Shown here: piece by piece, positions 53,172 to 64,000 of the stretch
How positions within the stretch are numbered: position 1 is the first letter of the stretch
Layout of the letters: each line of letters opens with the position of its first letter
Source: Rhynchobatus australiae
Lineage: Eukaryota
DNA: 64,000 nt
Assembly: GCA_034780895.1 (NCBI GenBank)
Contig: JAUZTB010000118.1
Location: forward strand, 46,475,316-46,539,315
Reading direction: 5' to 3'
Position numbers and translations under genes: made by a program
Notes under the pieces: generated by a model
Seen by the model: only the letters and a program-made list of their open reading frames with translations
The model's database searches: none
What the model was told of the DNA's origin: nothing

Positions 53172-54554
53172 TATAGCAAATAACAAGCTGCATACAGTTG
53201 AGAGATGAAGTTTGATCATCAGACAGTTCCTCCACTAAACACCTTGGTTGTAGTGCTGGTTCATTAAACCCTCAGGCAAAGATTTCCAAATTTTAATCAC
53301 CTTGATTGAATAGGTTCCTGAAGTGCTAAAAAATCTTCAAGTCTTTGACCAAAATGGATACTTGTTACTTAGGTTTTAGAGGAAATTTTCTAAACTCATC
53401 AGCTCTAGAAATGTACAGGAAGGCTAGGGGACCAAATATTGCAGTCAGTTCATAACCAACTGTACCCTGCAGCCACAATGTGCGAGCTGCTGCCTACAGG
53501 CTCCCTTGCGGCATGTGCAGCCCCCTCACTCACAGGGCTGGTGTACAACATCCTGTGGGTTAAGCTGGNNNNNNNNNNNNNNNNNNNNNNNNNNNGCTGG
53601 TTCTGGCAGAGCCACATCCTGCCGTTTTTGTAGCTGAGGAATCAGGTTAGGAAAATCAACTATTTTTGTATACTTAAGAAAACATAGTGGGATTGGATCT
53701 TAAATGTGGAGGGAAGGAATTGTGCCCAGAATGTGGTTGCACAGAGTTTGCTGATCAGTGGTGTCAATCTCTTTTAAGAGCGTTGAGCATGAAGGCAGCT
53801 GCTGTAAGCATTCTGTTAATGGTCCCCAAGTCCAGTTGGTTACTGTGAAACTGGAATGTTTGTTAACTGTTGTATATCATAACGCCTGATGCAGTTGCAG
53901 CTCAATTTAAAAATAGCAGTGACTTGAATGAACTAGTTTTGCAGTGCAGCTTAAAAATATCAGCCTCGTCCATCCAGAGGCCCTGCGCTGACTGTCCAGC
54001 CTCGTCGATGAATAAGTCTAAAATCCTGCTGGAAATGTTGATGTAACACTTAATCTCCTGAGACTCTCCATTTTAATGCACAGAAGTAGCTGCAAATGAC
54101 ACATTGTAGAGGCTGAACTAGACTATGTTTTAATTTGGAGATTTGTTTTGCTATATCTACTTACATTTATGGTTGTGTGAATGCAGAAATAACTATTATC
54201 TTTACTTGCATTTAAAGATGCTATGCAGTATATTTTTTAAAAATCCTCCAGAGGCTCTTTGCTGAATGCTGTTTGATAGCAAAATGAAGTTCAAGAAAGG
54301 TCTTGTGGAAAGCAAAATATTGTAGATGCTGGAAGACAGAATTAAAAACACCAAAATGCGGGGAATACACAGCAGGTCAGGCATCAAATGAAGAGTCTGC
54401 TTATGTAATATACTTCATGTATTTGAGAATAAGTCCAGTATTGATGTAGTGCAGAGCTCATGTTGATGGATTAAGTACTCTGGAGAACAAAAACTCAGAT
54501 TCTTAAAACAGAATTTCAACAGTTGCTTCATTTCCACGTTTTCATATTGAAGGT

Positions 54555-55097
54555 GGACATGAGTTGGTGAGACTGCACTTGGGGTATTTTGTACAGTTTT
54601 GGTCGCCCTGTTACAGGAAAGACATCATTAAATTGAAAAGAGTGTGGAGAAGATTTAAGGATGCTGCCAGAACTTGTCCTGAGTTGTAGGGAGAGGTTGG
54701 GCAGGCAGGGACTTTATTCCTTGGAACATAGGAGATTGAGGAGGGACCTTATAGAGGTGTATAAAATTGAGAGATGTAGATAGGGTGAATGCAAGTCTTT
54801 TTCCCAGGGAAGGACTAAAATCTAGAGTGCATATGTTTAAGGTGAGAGTTGAAAGAGTTAAAAGGGACCTGAAGGGCAACTTCTTCACGCAGAGTGTGGT
54901 GTGTATGTGAAATGAAGCTGCCAGAGAAAGTCGTTCAGGCAGGTACAATAATATTCAAAAGACATTTGGATAAGTAAGTGGATAGGAGGGGTTTAGAGGG
55001 ATATGGCAAATAGGACTAGCTTGGTGGGCACCATGGTTGGCATGGACGAGTTGAGCCAAGGGGCCTGCTTCTATGCTGTATTATTCTGAGACTCTAT
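54555..55097 (+). mobile_element. CR1/HER1-like LINE 3' fragment
   Basis: Degenerate LVRxHLxYxVQFWSP...RRLRxDLIEVYKI reading, then a typical 3' end ...gggcctgcttctatgctgtattattctgagactcta. Confidence 0.8.
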
Positions 55098-55301
55098 TAG
55101 CTGCCTGGTGTAAAACCTCCAACAGTGCAGGAAAAGCATTCACCTATCTTGCCTGGTCTACCTTGTATGAGTCTCGTCCCACAATTTGCTTGGTTCTTAA
55201 CTGCTATCAAAAGTCAACAAGCAAACCACTGACTTAAGGGTAGGGCAATAAATCCAGGTCTTTGTAACATACCCTGAGTATGAAAAAAGGGATCTGAGTT
55301 T

Positions 55302-55534
55302 TAAAAAACTGCCAAAGGAACTCGGTGGGCCGAGCAGTTTCTATGTGGGGAGAGGAATTGCCAGCGTTTCAGATAGATGCTGAATCATGAGTCCTCTTGC
55401 AGGGTCTCAACCCAAAACAATTCCTCTTTCCTCTTTCCCCCACCCCCCATGAATGCTGCCTGACCCATTGAGTTCCTCCAGCAATTTGTTTTTCGCTCCA
55501 GATTCCAGCATCTGCAGTCTCTTATGTCTCCAAT
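55302..55534. mobile_element. Head-to-head Penelope-terminus insertion
   Basis: - arm 55305-55370 and + arm 55390-55531; imperfect flanking direct repeat ggatctgagttt (55290) / ggatctaagttt (55535). Confidence 0.6.
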
Positions 55535-56866
55535 GGATCTAAGTTTGCTGCCAAAGTAACTGCAGTTGTGCTTGAAATTATTTATCCATAAGTGGTACAC
55601 CTTCTTTTCAGAAAATGTCCAAATGTATGGTTAAGTGTAATTATCAAGAACAACCTCCAAGTTGTGGTGTTCCATTAGCTTCACAAGATTAAACAAAAAT
55701 AGGAAATGCTATGGGATCTGTGGTAAAAGAAAACTAATGTTTTTGTCATTAAACATAGGCATGTTTATGATTAATGGAACTTTAAGATGCAGAAAAAGGA
55801 GGGAGGGGTTTCAATAGGGAATTAAAAGGCATGTGGAAGGGAGGAGAGAATAATTAAAGTGAAAGGATGGTAATGGGGCAAGTAAAGAATTAAAAGATGA
55901 ATTGAGGTGTAAATTGTTTCAGACAAACAATTGTGCCTCGCCATTGTCGTGAATTGCTTTGTTTAGATGGTAGATGCAGATTAAATCCTGCGCAGTTAAA
56001 TGGGGCTAGTAATGGGTTATTAACCAAAACTGTTATCTTGATGGATTTTGTTTTAATTTCAAAAATTCTGTTTTCTGTGGTGATTTTGTTTTTCCTTTAA
56101 TGCCCCTACAAGTAAAAGTAAAAGGTTAACTTATCCCGGTGTTCATTTTTCAGTCTTGTTTATCTGTTTTTAACCAATGAGATTTTCTGTTAGTTGCTCT
56201 GTGCACTTGACTGTGGATGTCCTCTGTCCCTCAACAGCTTGCACTAATAGCACCTTTTTATAGCAGAAGGGACAGCCTAACTAAAGGGTATTGTTATAAG
56301 ATGCCTTTTATAGTAAATTCTGATAGAGTAATTTTCTCTGTCCTGAAACACTTCATTATCTTTTCCCAAATACAGCATGTCTTTAAGTATTTCAGAAGTT
56401 CCTATCAAATGACTGATTAGACAATTTTTGTTGTGGAGTTGTTTGAGGCACAATTGGCCAAGAAACTAAATGATGTCTACTGCTGTTCTTTGAATAGAAA
56501 TCTTTTTATTTTGCTCTAGTAGGCCAATATCTCATCCAGAGTGCTGTATGACAACACAGCATTCACAATTGGTCACCATTGTTCTAATTTCTGGCCTAGT
56601 TCTTCCTCTGCTTTGCATAATGCTGGAGTTGTGAGAATTTCTTGGGAAACTTGGTCTTTTCCAGCACTGCGGTCAGGGCAAGAATAATGACCAGACTCTG
56701 CCAAGAGTGCCTCAGCAAAAAGATGGTGATTTGTTAGGTTGTCTACCAAAATAACTACAGAGTTTTTGAAATGATATTGTTTTAATGTTTAGAATGTTTT
56801 CTTCCACTTCTGTGGATTTATTCCGTTTCACACTCCTGTTGAGCTTTCTCTGTTTCCTTTTTTAAG

Positions 56867-57052
56867 CAATGCAATTGGTCCACTGGTTGCTCTGTGGCTG
56901 ATCTACCAAGAAGGAGCTGTGCTGCAGAATGCCTCCACGCCAGTCTGGTTGCTGCTATATGGTGGCATGGGCATCTGTGCTGGTCTCTGGGTCTGGGGTA
57001 GACGAGTCATTCAGACCCTGGGCAAAGATCTCACTCCCATCACCCCATCTAG
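56867..57052 (+). CDS. SLC20A2: PiT-2 exon 9
   Basis: ttccttttttaag|...|gtgagt, 186 nt, phase 2-2; [61 protein letters not shown](S). Confidence 0.96.
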
Positions 57053-58874
57053 GTGAGTATGGCATCTAGATCACTAGCACATAGTGCACTATTAAATGTG
57101 CAGCATTAAATATGACACAAAGATGGCTATGTGAAGGGACCTGACTGCAGACTACATTGTTTTCCTTTCCAAGGACCCACAGCCAAATTGAACAAAATTA
57201 TCTCTTCTTCTCCTCCTCCCTTTCTAATCCTCCATCCCACTCTGTGCATCAAGTAGGCCACTTGAGTAACAAAAACAGTGGTCAGTATAGAAATTTTGGC
57301 CAAATTTATCTGTTGCTTATACTTGGAGTATGTTAGTATACCATGATATAGGTCCTGTCCACATTTCCCAGTATTTCCAGAACTCCTCCCAGTGTGTAGT
57401 GGTGGTGATTCACTCTAGGTGTGGTCTGGGNNNNNNNNNNNNNNNNNNNNNNNNNNNNNNNNNNNNNNNNNNNNNNNNNNNNNNNNNNNNNNNNNNNNNN
57501 NNNNNNNNNNNNNNNNNNNNNNNNNNNNNNGGTCTGGGTGGGTAAATCTAATACTTGTTAAGATATAAAGGCATCTTGAGCATTTTCTACCTCCACACTC
57601 CGCGCCGGGATGACTCCACCCCCAACCTACCTACCCACCCATCTTCCTGAAATAGCAAGCCACCACAAGGAATACCTCATGGCTTGCAGAAGTTTTAGAA
57701 GTTGGCCCACCATCTTATTGTTATCTGGGGAACAGAAGTTTCCTGAATAATAAAGGTAACAATTGTGAACATATCATTTCATCAAAATATTCTCCATTGT
57801 GCTATATTTTATCCAGATGTTTTCTTCCCTTATGCTCCTGGGCCTTTGCAGAATAGTGTGGAGTTTCTCTTTTACTTTCAGTCCTGAATATGACCATATT
57901 TGAATGCTGCAATATTCCTTCCCTGCTCCCATTTTTATGCAACCTTGCTTGCGAACCAGCGCTCACCATGATTTGGATGACTGGCTCTTCTGGCCGAGTG
58001 CAATGTATCCAAACAGATCAACTAAGTCTTCACAGATATGTAGAGACAGTGTTTGTACTGGCCTTGTTGATGTCTATTCAGTCGGTTGTTCAGCAATGGC
58101 TCATGTTTCAGTCATAGTCACCTATACACACTTCAGAGGTAGAAAAAGATCTATTCTTCCCACTACAACCAAGGATCTTTGAGGGGTTCTTAAATTTTCC
58201 CGGGCATGCATTGTTCCCAGTAAATGGGGTGCTGTCTGAACACTTGTCTTTGCCTTCAGCTTGCCAAATTTAAATGTTATCTTGTACATGTTAATGATTA
58301 ATCTCCATTACTTGAATTAAAAAAAACATGTGTTATGGAGCCATCAGAAAGCTAGCGGATATTGGTTGCACCAAACAAGCATTACACCAATATCAGTTGT
58401 CCACAATGACTATGAATTGTGTACTGAGCATGGGGAGTGTAGTTTGGGGAGAATATAACAGGTCTTTTTTTGTACTGTCAGTCACATTCAGAGATTTGTC
58501 TATTATATGTCATGTGTTTAGTGCTATGTTTATCCATTCATGCTGCTAGCCCACAGTTATATGGAACTTGCTCCACTTGCCTGAGCTAACCTTATGCATG
58601 AAGTGCACTTAGTCAACATTTTCCAGTAATATTACTGGTAATACACACATCAGCACAAACATGAATGCATAACACCTTGAATATTGTAATTATCTCATTT
58701 TTAAATATTTTTTAAAACAACACATGGCTGCTGGATATTTCAAAATGGTTGCCCTGGATGTTTGTCTGAAGCTGTGGTAAGACTCTTGCATGCTGCCTGA
58801 GGCTTCGTGGTAATAATCTTGAGACTCGCTGGTACAACGAATGACCGTGAAGTATTGTTTTGTGCTTCCTGCAG

Positions 58875-58959
58875 CGGGTTCACTATTGAGTTGGCTTCGG
58901 CGTTCACAGTTGTGGTTGCTTCCAATGTTGGACTTCCTATCAGTACCACACACTGCAAG
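58875..58959 (+). CDS. SLC20A2: PiT-2 exon 10A (mammal-like version)
   Basis: ctgcag|...AAG|gtatgc, 85 nt, phase 2-0; [28 protein letters not shown], close to human exon 10 as I recall it ([28 protein letters not shown]). Confidence 0.95.
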
Positions 58960-59935
58960 GTATGCGTATGCCCTGTGACTGCATCTCAAGCAGTTCACTC
59001 TGTACTACCCTCTGAGGCTTGCTCGTATCAGTTCCTGGTGGCATGACTCATCCTGAAGCGGGAAGATGAACAGGCAAACCAAGTACCATTCTATATTCTG
59101 TTTGGTTCAAGGCCTGGTTACAAAGAACATTCTTTGTTGTAAAACAAGATGTGGCAAACCCAAAGGGAATAGACTACTATTCGATAGTTAACACTCTGAC
59201 AAAACTGAACAAAGTAAATGATCAAATAGGATTTACTGGCTTTTAAAGAAAGAACTTGCATCAGTATAATGCATTTCACAACTTTAGGATGTCCCAAAGT
59301 TCTTTACAGCAGGGAATAAATTTAAAAGTGCAGTTGGTAGCGTAATTATTAATCTGATTGTGTGGAGGAAGGTGGAACAAACTGCAGGCTGAACATGCCC
59401 AAGCAACTATTTTCATAATTGTTATTTCTCTAACTTAAAAAAAATTCTAATAACACAGACCATATTCTAATCAGAACAGATTGATTTCCTAAAAACCTGC
59501 AAAAATCTAGTGAGTAAGAANNNNNNNNNNGACTGTCATTCTGTATAGGCCTCTACAGTCACAACAGACGCTGCTCTACCACTACTGACTGAAGCAAGAC
59601 TCTCCATGCACAGATCCACAGTCTCGCGATACTAACAGATGCCACCAAGAAGTACAAAAGTAGCAAAATCCTTTCCTGCCAATGAATTGCTCAAAAAATG
59701 TTTTTTTGTCACCCTGAATGGCCTTGAATTCTAGGTTATCTGATGGCAGCAATGTTGTTGTAGCCCAATGAGCTTTTCATGCCATTATGGACTGATTAGA
59801 AGCACCCTCCTTGGAGCAGGGTTAGTGTCTACTGGAACCTCTCATCACTCGCACTCTGTTCCACTTTGCATGTTTCTGATGGGATGTCTTTCATGTGCTT
59901 TTCTTACTTCAAACTTATTTTCTGTTTCTTCACAG

Positions 59936-60020
59936 TGGATTTTGCATTGAAGTAATGAGTGCGCTAACTGTACTTGTAGCCTCAAATGTGGGCATTCCAA
60001 TAAGTTCCACTCATTGCAAG
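59936..60020 (+). CDS. SLC20A2: PiT-2 exon 10B (tandem duplicate; predicted mutually exclusive alternative to 10A)
   Basis: Long polypyrimidine tract and cacag|...AAG|gtattc, 85 nt, phase 2-0; [28 protein letters not shown]; no stops or indels. Confidence 0.88.
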
Positions 60021-61590
60021 GTATTCGTGTGTCATGTTAATGCAATGACCATGTCGCTACCACTTTTAGCAAACTAAATGATTGAACTAAAACCATTTTA
60101 ACTATTGCATTCTGCTGCCTCGTGTCTAACTCACAAGGGGCTTCACTTTAAGCTAGAAGTTAATTGGAGAAAGATATTTTGAGCTTTTGCTTGTTTTAAG
60201 TGTGCATTTTTATGTATTACTGGATGTGGACCTGCAGAAGTGGAGTTAGGGGATGAGAGGATAGGACAAGTCACACAAATGTTATTTAAATAAATCCTCC
60301 ATAATAATATGAGCTTGCCTCATAATTATGTCGTCATGCCAATTTTGCTGCCATATTTCTACTGGCCATATCTCTACATTGTGGCATTAGCAAAGTATTG
60401 TAAATGATAGCAACTGTGGACTGTTGGGTCATGAGTTTTTATAGATGCTTCAGATGTGGTTGAGGGTAATTTCTTGACACTATGCTGGTGCCAGAATGGA
60501 TGGTTCCACCTATCAGGTAGTTGTATATGTCATGCAAGTTTCCAGTGCGTTCAGTCTGTGGGTGGTGCTGCCTCAAAGATAGGTTCTTGAAGGTTTGAGA
60601 CAAAAGGATTGTGAAGGTGAAACATCCTTGCATGAAAGATGTTTGAGGGTTTAACTTTGAGTACAGGAGATAATTTAAACACTTTCCAACCACTTGCAGA
60701 ATTGTTCATCAGGGTCAGTAACTTAGAATGAGAGAAGTGTGGGCATAGGTCATGACAACTTGAACCTTTTGGAGGGTGGGAAGGAGTTTATAGAGTAGTG
60801 ACACCCTGGACCTGGTGGGTGAGGCTGGAGCAGCTAGGTCAATTCAAGATTATATCTTGCCTGGTCTTGGAAGCTTGGATTGTGTCACCTGCAGAGTCTG
60901 GATTTTTAACTTGCGATTAGTCTGTATAGTTGTGTCCTTTTTAAATTACTTCTCAGTGGGAGGGAGAAACTCTTTAGAGGATAAGAGTGGTTCTGTTTGA
61001 AACAAACTGATTCAGTTCATTCATTCTGCTTGAAGTCCTTCTAACTTACTCCCTAACTGGTTTGTCAACTTTGTTTTTCTGTCTAATGCATCACTAAATG
61101 AATCTCTTAGGTTATTAACTAACTTGGTTTTAATCTTGTTTGTAAGAGTAGACCGATAACTTCAAAACTGAAATACTGATCCTGCACTCCCAGGACTGGA
61201 GCCTCACTGAAAGGGATGCTGAGCCATGATAGAGGCCTTTTTGGTGTTTTAGACTTATCACTCACTTAGACTCTTGACCAGTAAAGCTTCTGCATTGGGG
61301 TGCAGGATCAGAGAACTGTCTTTAAAAGCTACGTACTTGGGTAACTTTTTTTGTTTTAATATATCACCAGTTCAGTGCTTGAGTTTGCTGAAATCAGTTT
61401 GGGTGCAGTCTCTGCTTAACTATAATGGAGTGGAATGGTATCAACCATCTTGCTTTTGGTTGTTGATTTCTATTTTGATGTGACCTCATCCATTTGAATA
61501 TCGGTCTACCCTTCCCTTAGTTTTCACTTGTATCCTTTCCACACTCTTCTCCCCTTGTATTGATTTTTGTCTTGGCTTTTGTTTGCCCAG

Positions 61591-61755
61591 GTTGGATCTG
61601 TGGTGTCTGTGGGATGGATCCGATCGCGCAAAGCTGTGGACTGGCATTTATTTCGTAATATCTTCCTAGCATGGTTTGTGACTGTCCCAGTCTCTGGTCT
61701 CTTCAGTGCTGCTTTTATGGCACTCTTTGTATATGGAATATTGCCATATGTTTAA
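61591..61755 (+). CDS. SLC20A2: PiT-2 exon 11 (last coding exon)
   Basis: gcccag|, 165 nt to TAA; [54 protein letters not shown], with the PiT-2-type GILPYV C-terminus. Confidence 0.96.
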   Translation, partial: VGSVVSVGWIRSRKAVDWHLFRNIFLAWFVTVPVSGLFSAAFMALFVYGILPYV

Positions 61756-62500
61756 ATTTGTTTTTTTTTAAAGAATATTTTTAACCAGCAGTGTGAGGTT
61801 TCCCTTTCTTAAATATAGCAGTCCCACCCACTACCAAAAGCTGGTTTATTCCTTTTTTTCTTTCTGTTCACTGTTTCAAGAGGAATTAAACAGCTATAAA
61901 TTAATTTTGTAGTTCCATCTTATCTGTTCTCACAGACTGTAAATTACACTACATATGCTCATTTTGATAATTTGGTAGCTTGTAATGGCAAAGCCTGATT
62001 CATGGTATTTGTAGAATGAATGGTATTGCTTGGAGATTTTGTCCCCATTGATGCTGTAAAGGTGCTGTATATATTGTATTATTAATCACTGGAAAACTTT
62101 TCTTGGTTTGGACGTAAGAGAGAATTTAAAAAAGATACTCTACTGTGCTTTAGTAAAATTATCCTACTGATCTGGAATAAGGTACAATAATATCAATATT
62201 TAGCCTTTTTTTTCACAAGGCACAATTCTCCATACATACCCTGCGTACTACCAACATCATAATCAGAATGAGAGGTTCATTGTGTTAGGTTTCATGGAAA
62301 CTTGATTTCATCTTATAAGATTGACAGTTGTATTATATTGTAATTTCCAATGTAAATACTATCTATATAAAAAAAAGAGAGATTTGGGTTTGTTTGTGTG
62401 TTTTTTTTAAAATTAGTACACATTTCACTCACTCATTTAAGACTGCAAAATTCTATTGAATGTACCAAAGATTCAAAAATAAAGATTTNNNNNNNNNNNN
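61756..62500 (+). other. SLC20A2: SLC20A2 3'UTR with candidate polyadenylation signal
   Basis: AT-rich sequence with no recognisable repeats after the stop; first AATAAA I find is at 62478-62483, next to a short N gap. Later AATAAA hexamers (~63192, ~63593, ~63916-63944) could be alternative sites. Confidence 0.5.
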
Positions 62501-64000
62501 NNNNNNNTTTATTGAAATGCCTAATTGTAATTTTGGGTTCCATCTCTAATTCTTCTAAAATTCAAGGACATTTGGTTTGACTTTACTGGAAGAAAATGTT
62601 AGTTTCCTTTAAAACAAAATGAAAAGTATTCTTCTGTTTCAAATGTGCCATCAAACCAATTTTAGGCTAATTGTCTATTATGCTCCTTGTGGTTCCCATA
62701 CCATTTTTAAATATTCAGGGTGCTGCATACACGATGCCAGTCGATTATTTCTAATAGTGGAGCAGGGATTCTTTTGGCTGGGAGATTAGTGGAATCAATG
62801 AAGAAACAAGATTGACTGGTTTCCAGAGAGTTTGCACCAAAGTTGAACTCTCAAAAACCCCATCAGAATTTAGTTGGGGGGTCATCAAGCTCCAGGTTGT
62901 GGTTACCTTTGAGTTAATAGTTCCCTCCAGCTAATTATTGATTTTTTTTTTGAACCAACTTTACATGACATTCAATTAGATCCTTAGTCCTTGCATTGCT
63001 CTGTATTTTTTTGAGAGGTATGGAGGGAAATGGCTGCTGACGACATTCACTGTGTAATTCACAGATCAAACTAGTTTCTTGCTCTCTGAAGTTGAGCACT
63101 GGGGAAATATTGCATATTCTGAGTGGCAGCTTTTAGTTGAGATGTTAAACTTTGTTTTCCCTTTGAGTGGAATGTAAAAATGCCATGCTTCAATAAAGAA
63201 GCAGGGAAATCTACCCAGAATTTTAGTAATGTTCATTGTAGAATAAGTATTAGCTAAAACAGATTATTTGGTCATTGCTGATAGTGAATTTTCTCAACAG
63301 TGATTGGAGTTCTTGATTGTGAAGCACTTTGTAAAGTACTATGGTAAAATATACAATACAGATGCCAGCTACAATACATTTACACTGTCCAGTGTATAAA
63401 AATCTGATTCACAAATTAATTTCCCTCACTGAACATTGAAATTTTTTCACTATGGTCCAAGTTGGTGGCTTCCAGGAATATATCTACTGTAAATGTATTA
63501 TTTTTGATACTTGTATCTTTTGGTAACAGCTGACTACTTTCCCCTAAAAGAAAATCATTCATTTGTGGTAAAAAGATGGGAAATGTTTTAGAAATAAAAT
63601 CTTCATGCTAAAATGTTTTGTTTTGACTGATTATTTACCACAAAGCAGCAATAGCCTGCATACTGTGAAATAGTAGAAGAACACCAGTTAGTTTTTCTTT
63701 GTGTTATTACTTAACAGAAGTTGTATTTGTTCTAACACCCACTTGTATCCATTACCACAAATATATATGTAGCAGGGTCCATGTATCCTTTTCAAGGATT
63801 TCAGAGGCCATTCAACCAAAATCCTCTTTCCAAATAATGGTATTATGCAAAAAAACAACTTGTTCATATTGGAACTGATAAATTGCACAGCACAAAAATA
63901 TCCAGACAGTATATAAATAAAATGTATATTGCAAAATCAATAAACACTGGTTGATTGCTGGTGTTTCTGCATGCAGTGTGATCTACAATGAGCTTTAAAT

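Noticed and set aside
58875-60020. Exon 10 duplication as an assembly (haplotype) artefact or a dead pseudo-exon
   Set aside because: The copies are far too diverged to be alleles, divergence is concentrated at synonymous sites, both keep splice sites and frame, and 10B is gap-free contiguous with exon 11. A 10-N gap between them remains a small caveat.
32132-61755. Assignment to SLC20A1 (PiT-1)
   Set aside because: The short N-terminus, [35 protein letters not shown], the loop motifs and the GILPYV C-terminus match PiT-2.
1-64000. CRISPR arrays, operons or other prokaryotic systems
   Set aside because: The sequence is spliced vertebrate genomic DNA, and I see no regularly spaced repeat-spacer arrays.

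Overview
Eukaryotic (vertebrate) draft-assembly DNA with many N gaps. The repeat content (V-SINEs, DeuSINE/SacSINE1-like copies, CR1/HER1-like LINEs, Penelope-like GIY-YIG remnants) points to a cartilaginous fish, probably a ray or shark (inference). The only protein-coding gene I can support is SLC20A2 (PiT-2, type III Na+/phosphate cotransporter) on the + strand. Its coding exons, numbered as in human, are 32132-32420, 36855-36995, 39688-39773, 39863-39959, 41464-41583, 41673-41876, 46809-47397, 56867-57052, exon 10 and 61591-61755, giving a 1962-nt CDS (653 aa). The first ~31.8 kb is repeat-rich upstream or intron-1 sequence with candidate non-coding first exons. The main finding is that exon 10 occurs twice in tandem (10A 58875-58959, 10B 59936-60020). 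Both copies are 85 nt, intact and in the same phase, with 21/28 aa identity but most synonymous sites changed. They encode the helix with the transport-critical Glu and the second P-x-S-x-T-H substrate-binding motif. Including both copies creates a premature stop and skipping both frameshifts, so this looks like an old mutually exclusive exon switch producing two PiT-2 proteins with different pore segments. Secondary observations are shared intronic sequence and splicing-regulator motifs around the two exons, uORFs in the 5'UTR, decayed hammerhead-ribozyme motifs and foldback insertions from Penelope-like elements, and an isolated 33-bp inverted repeat. Repeat boundaries are approximate and judged by eye.
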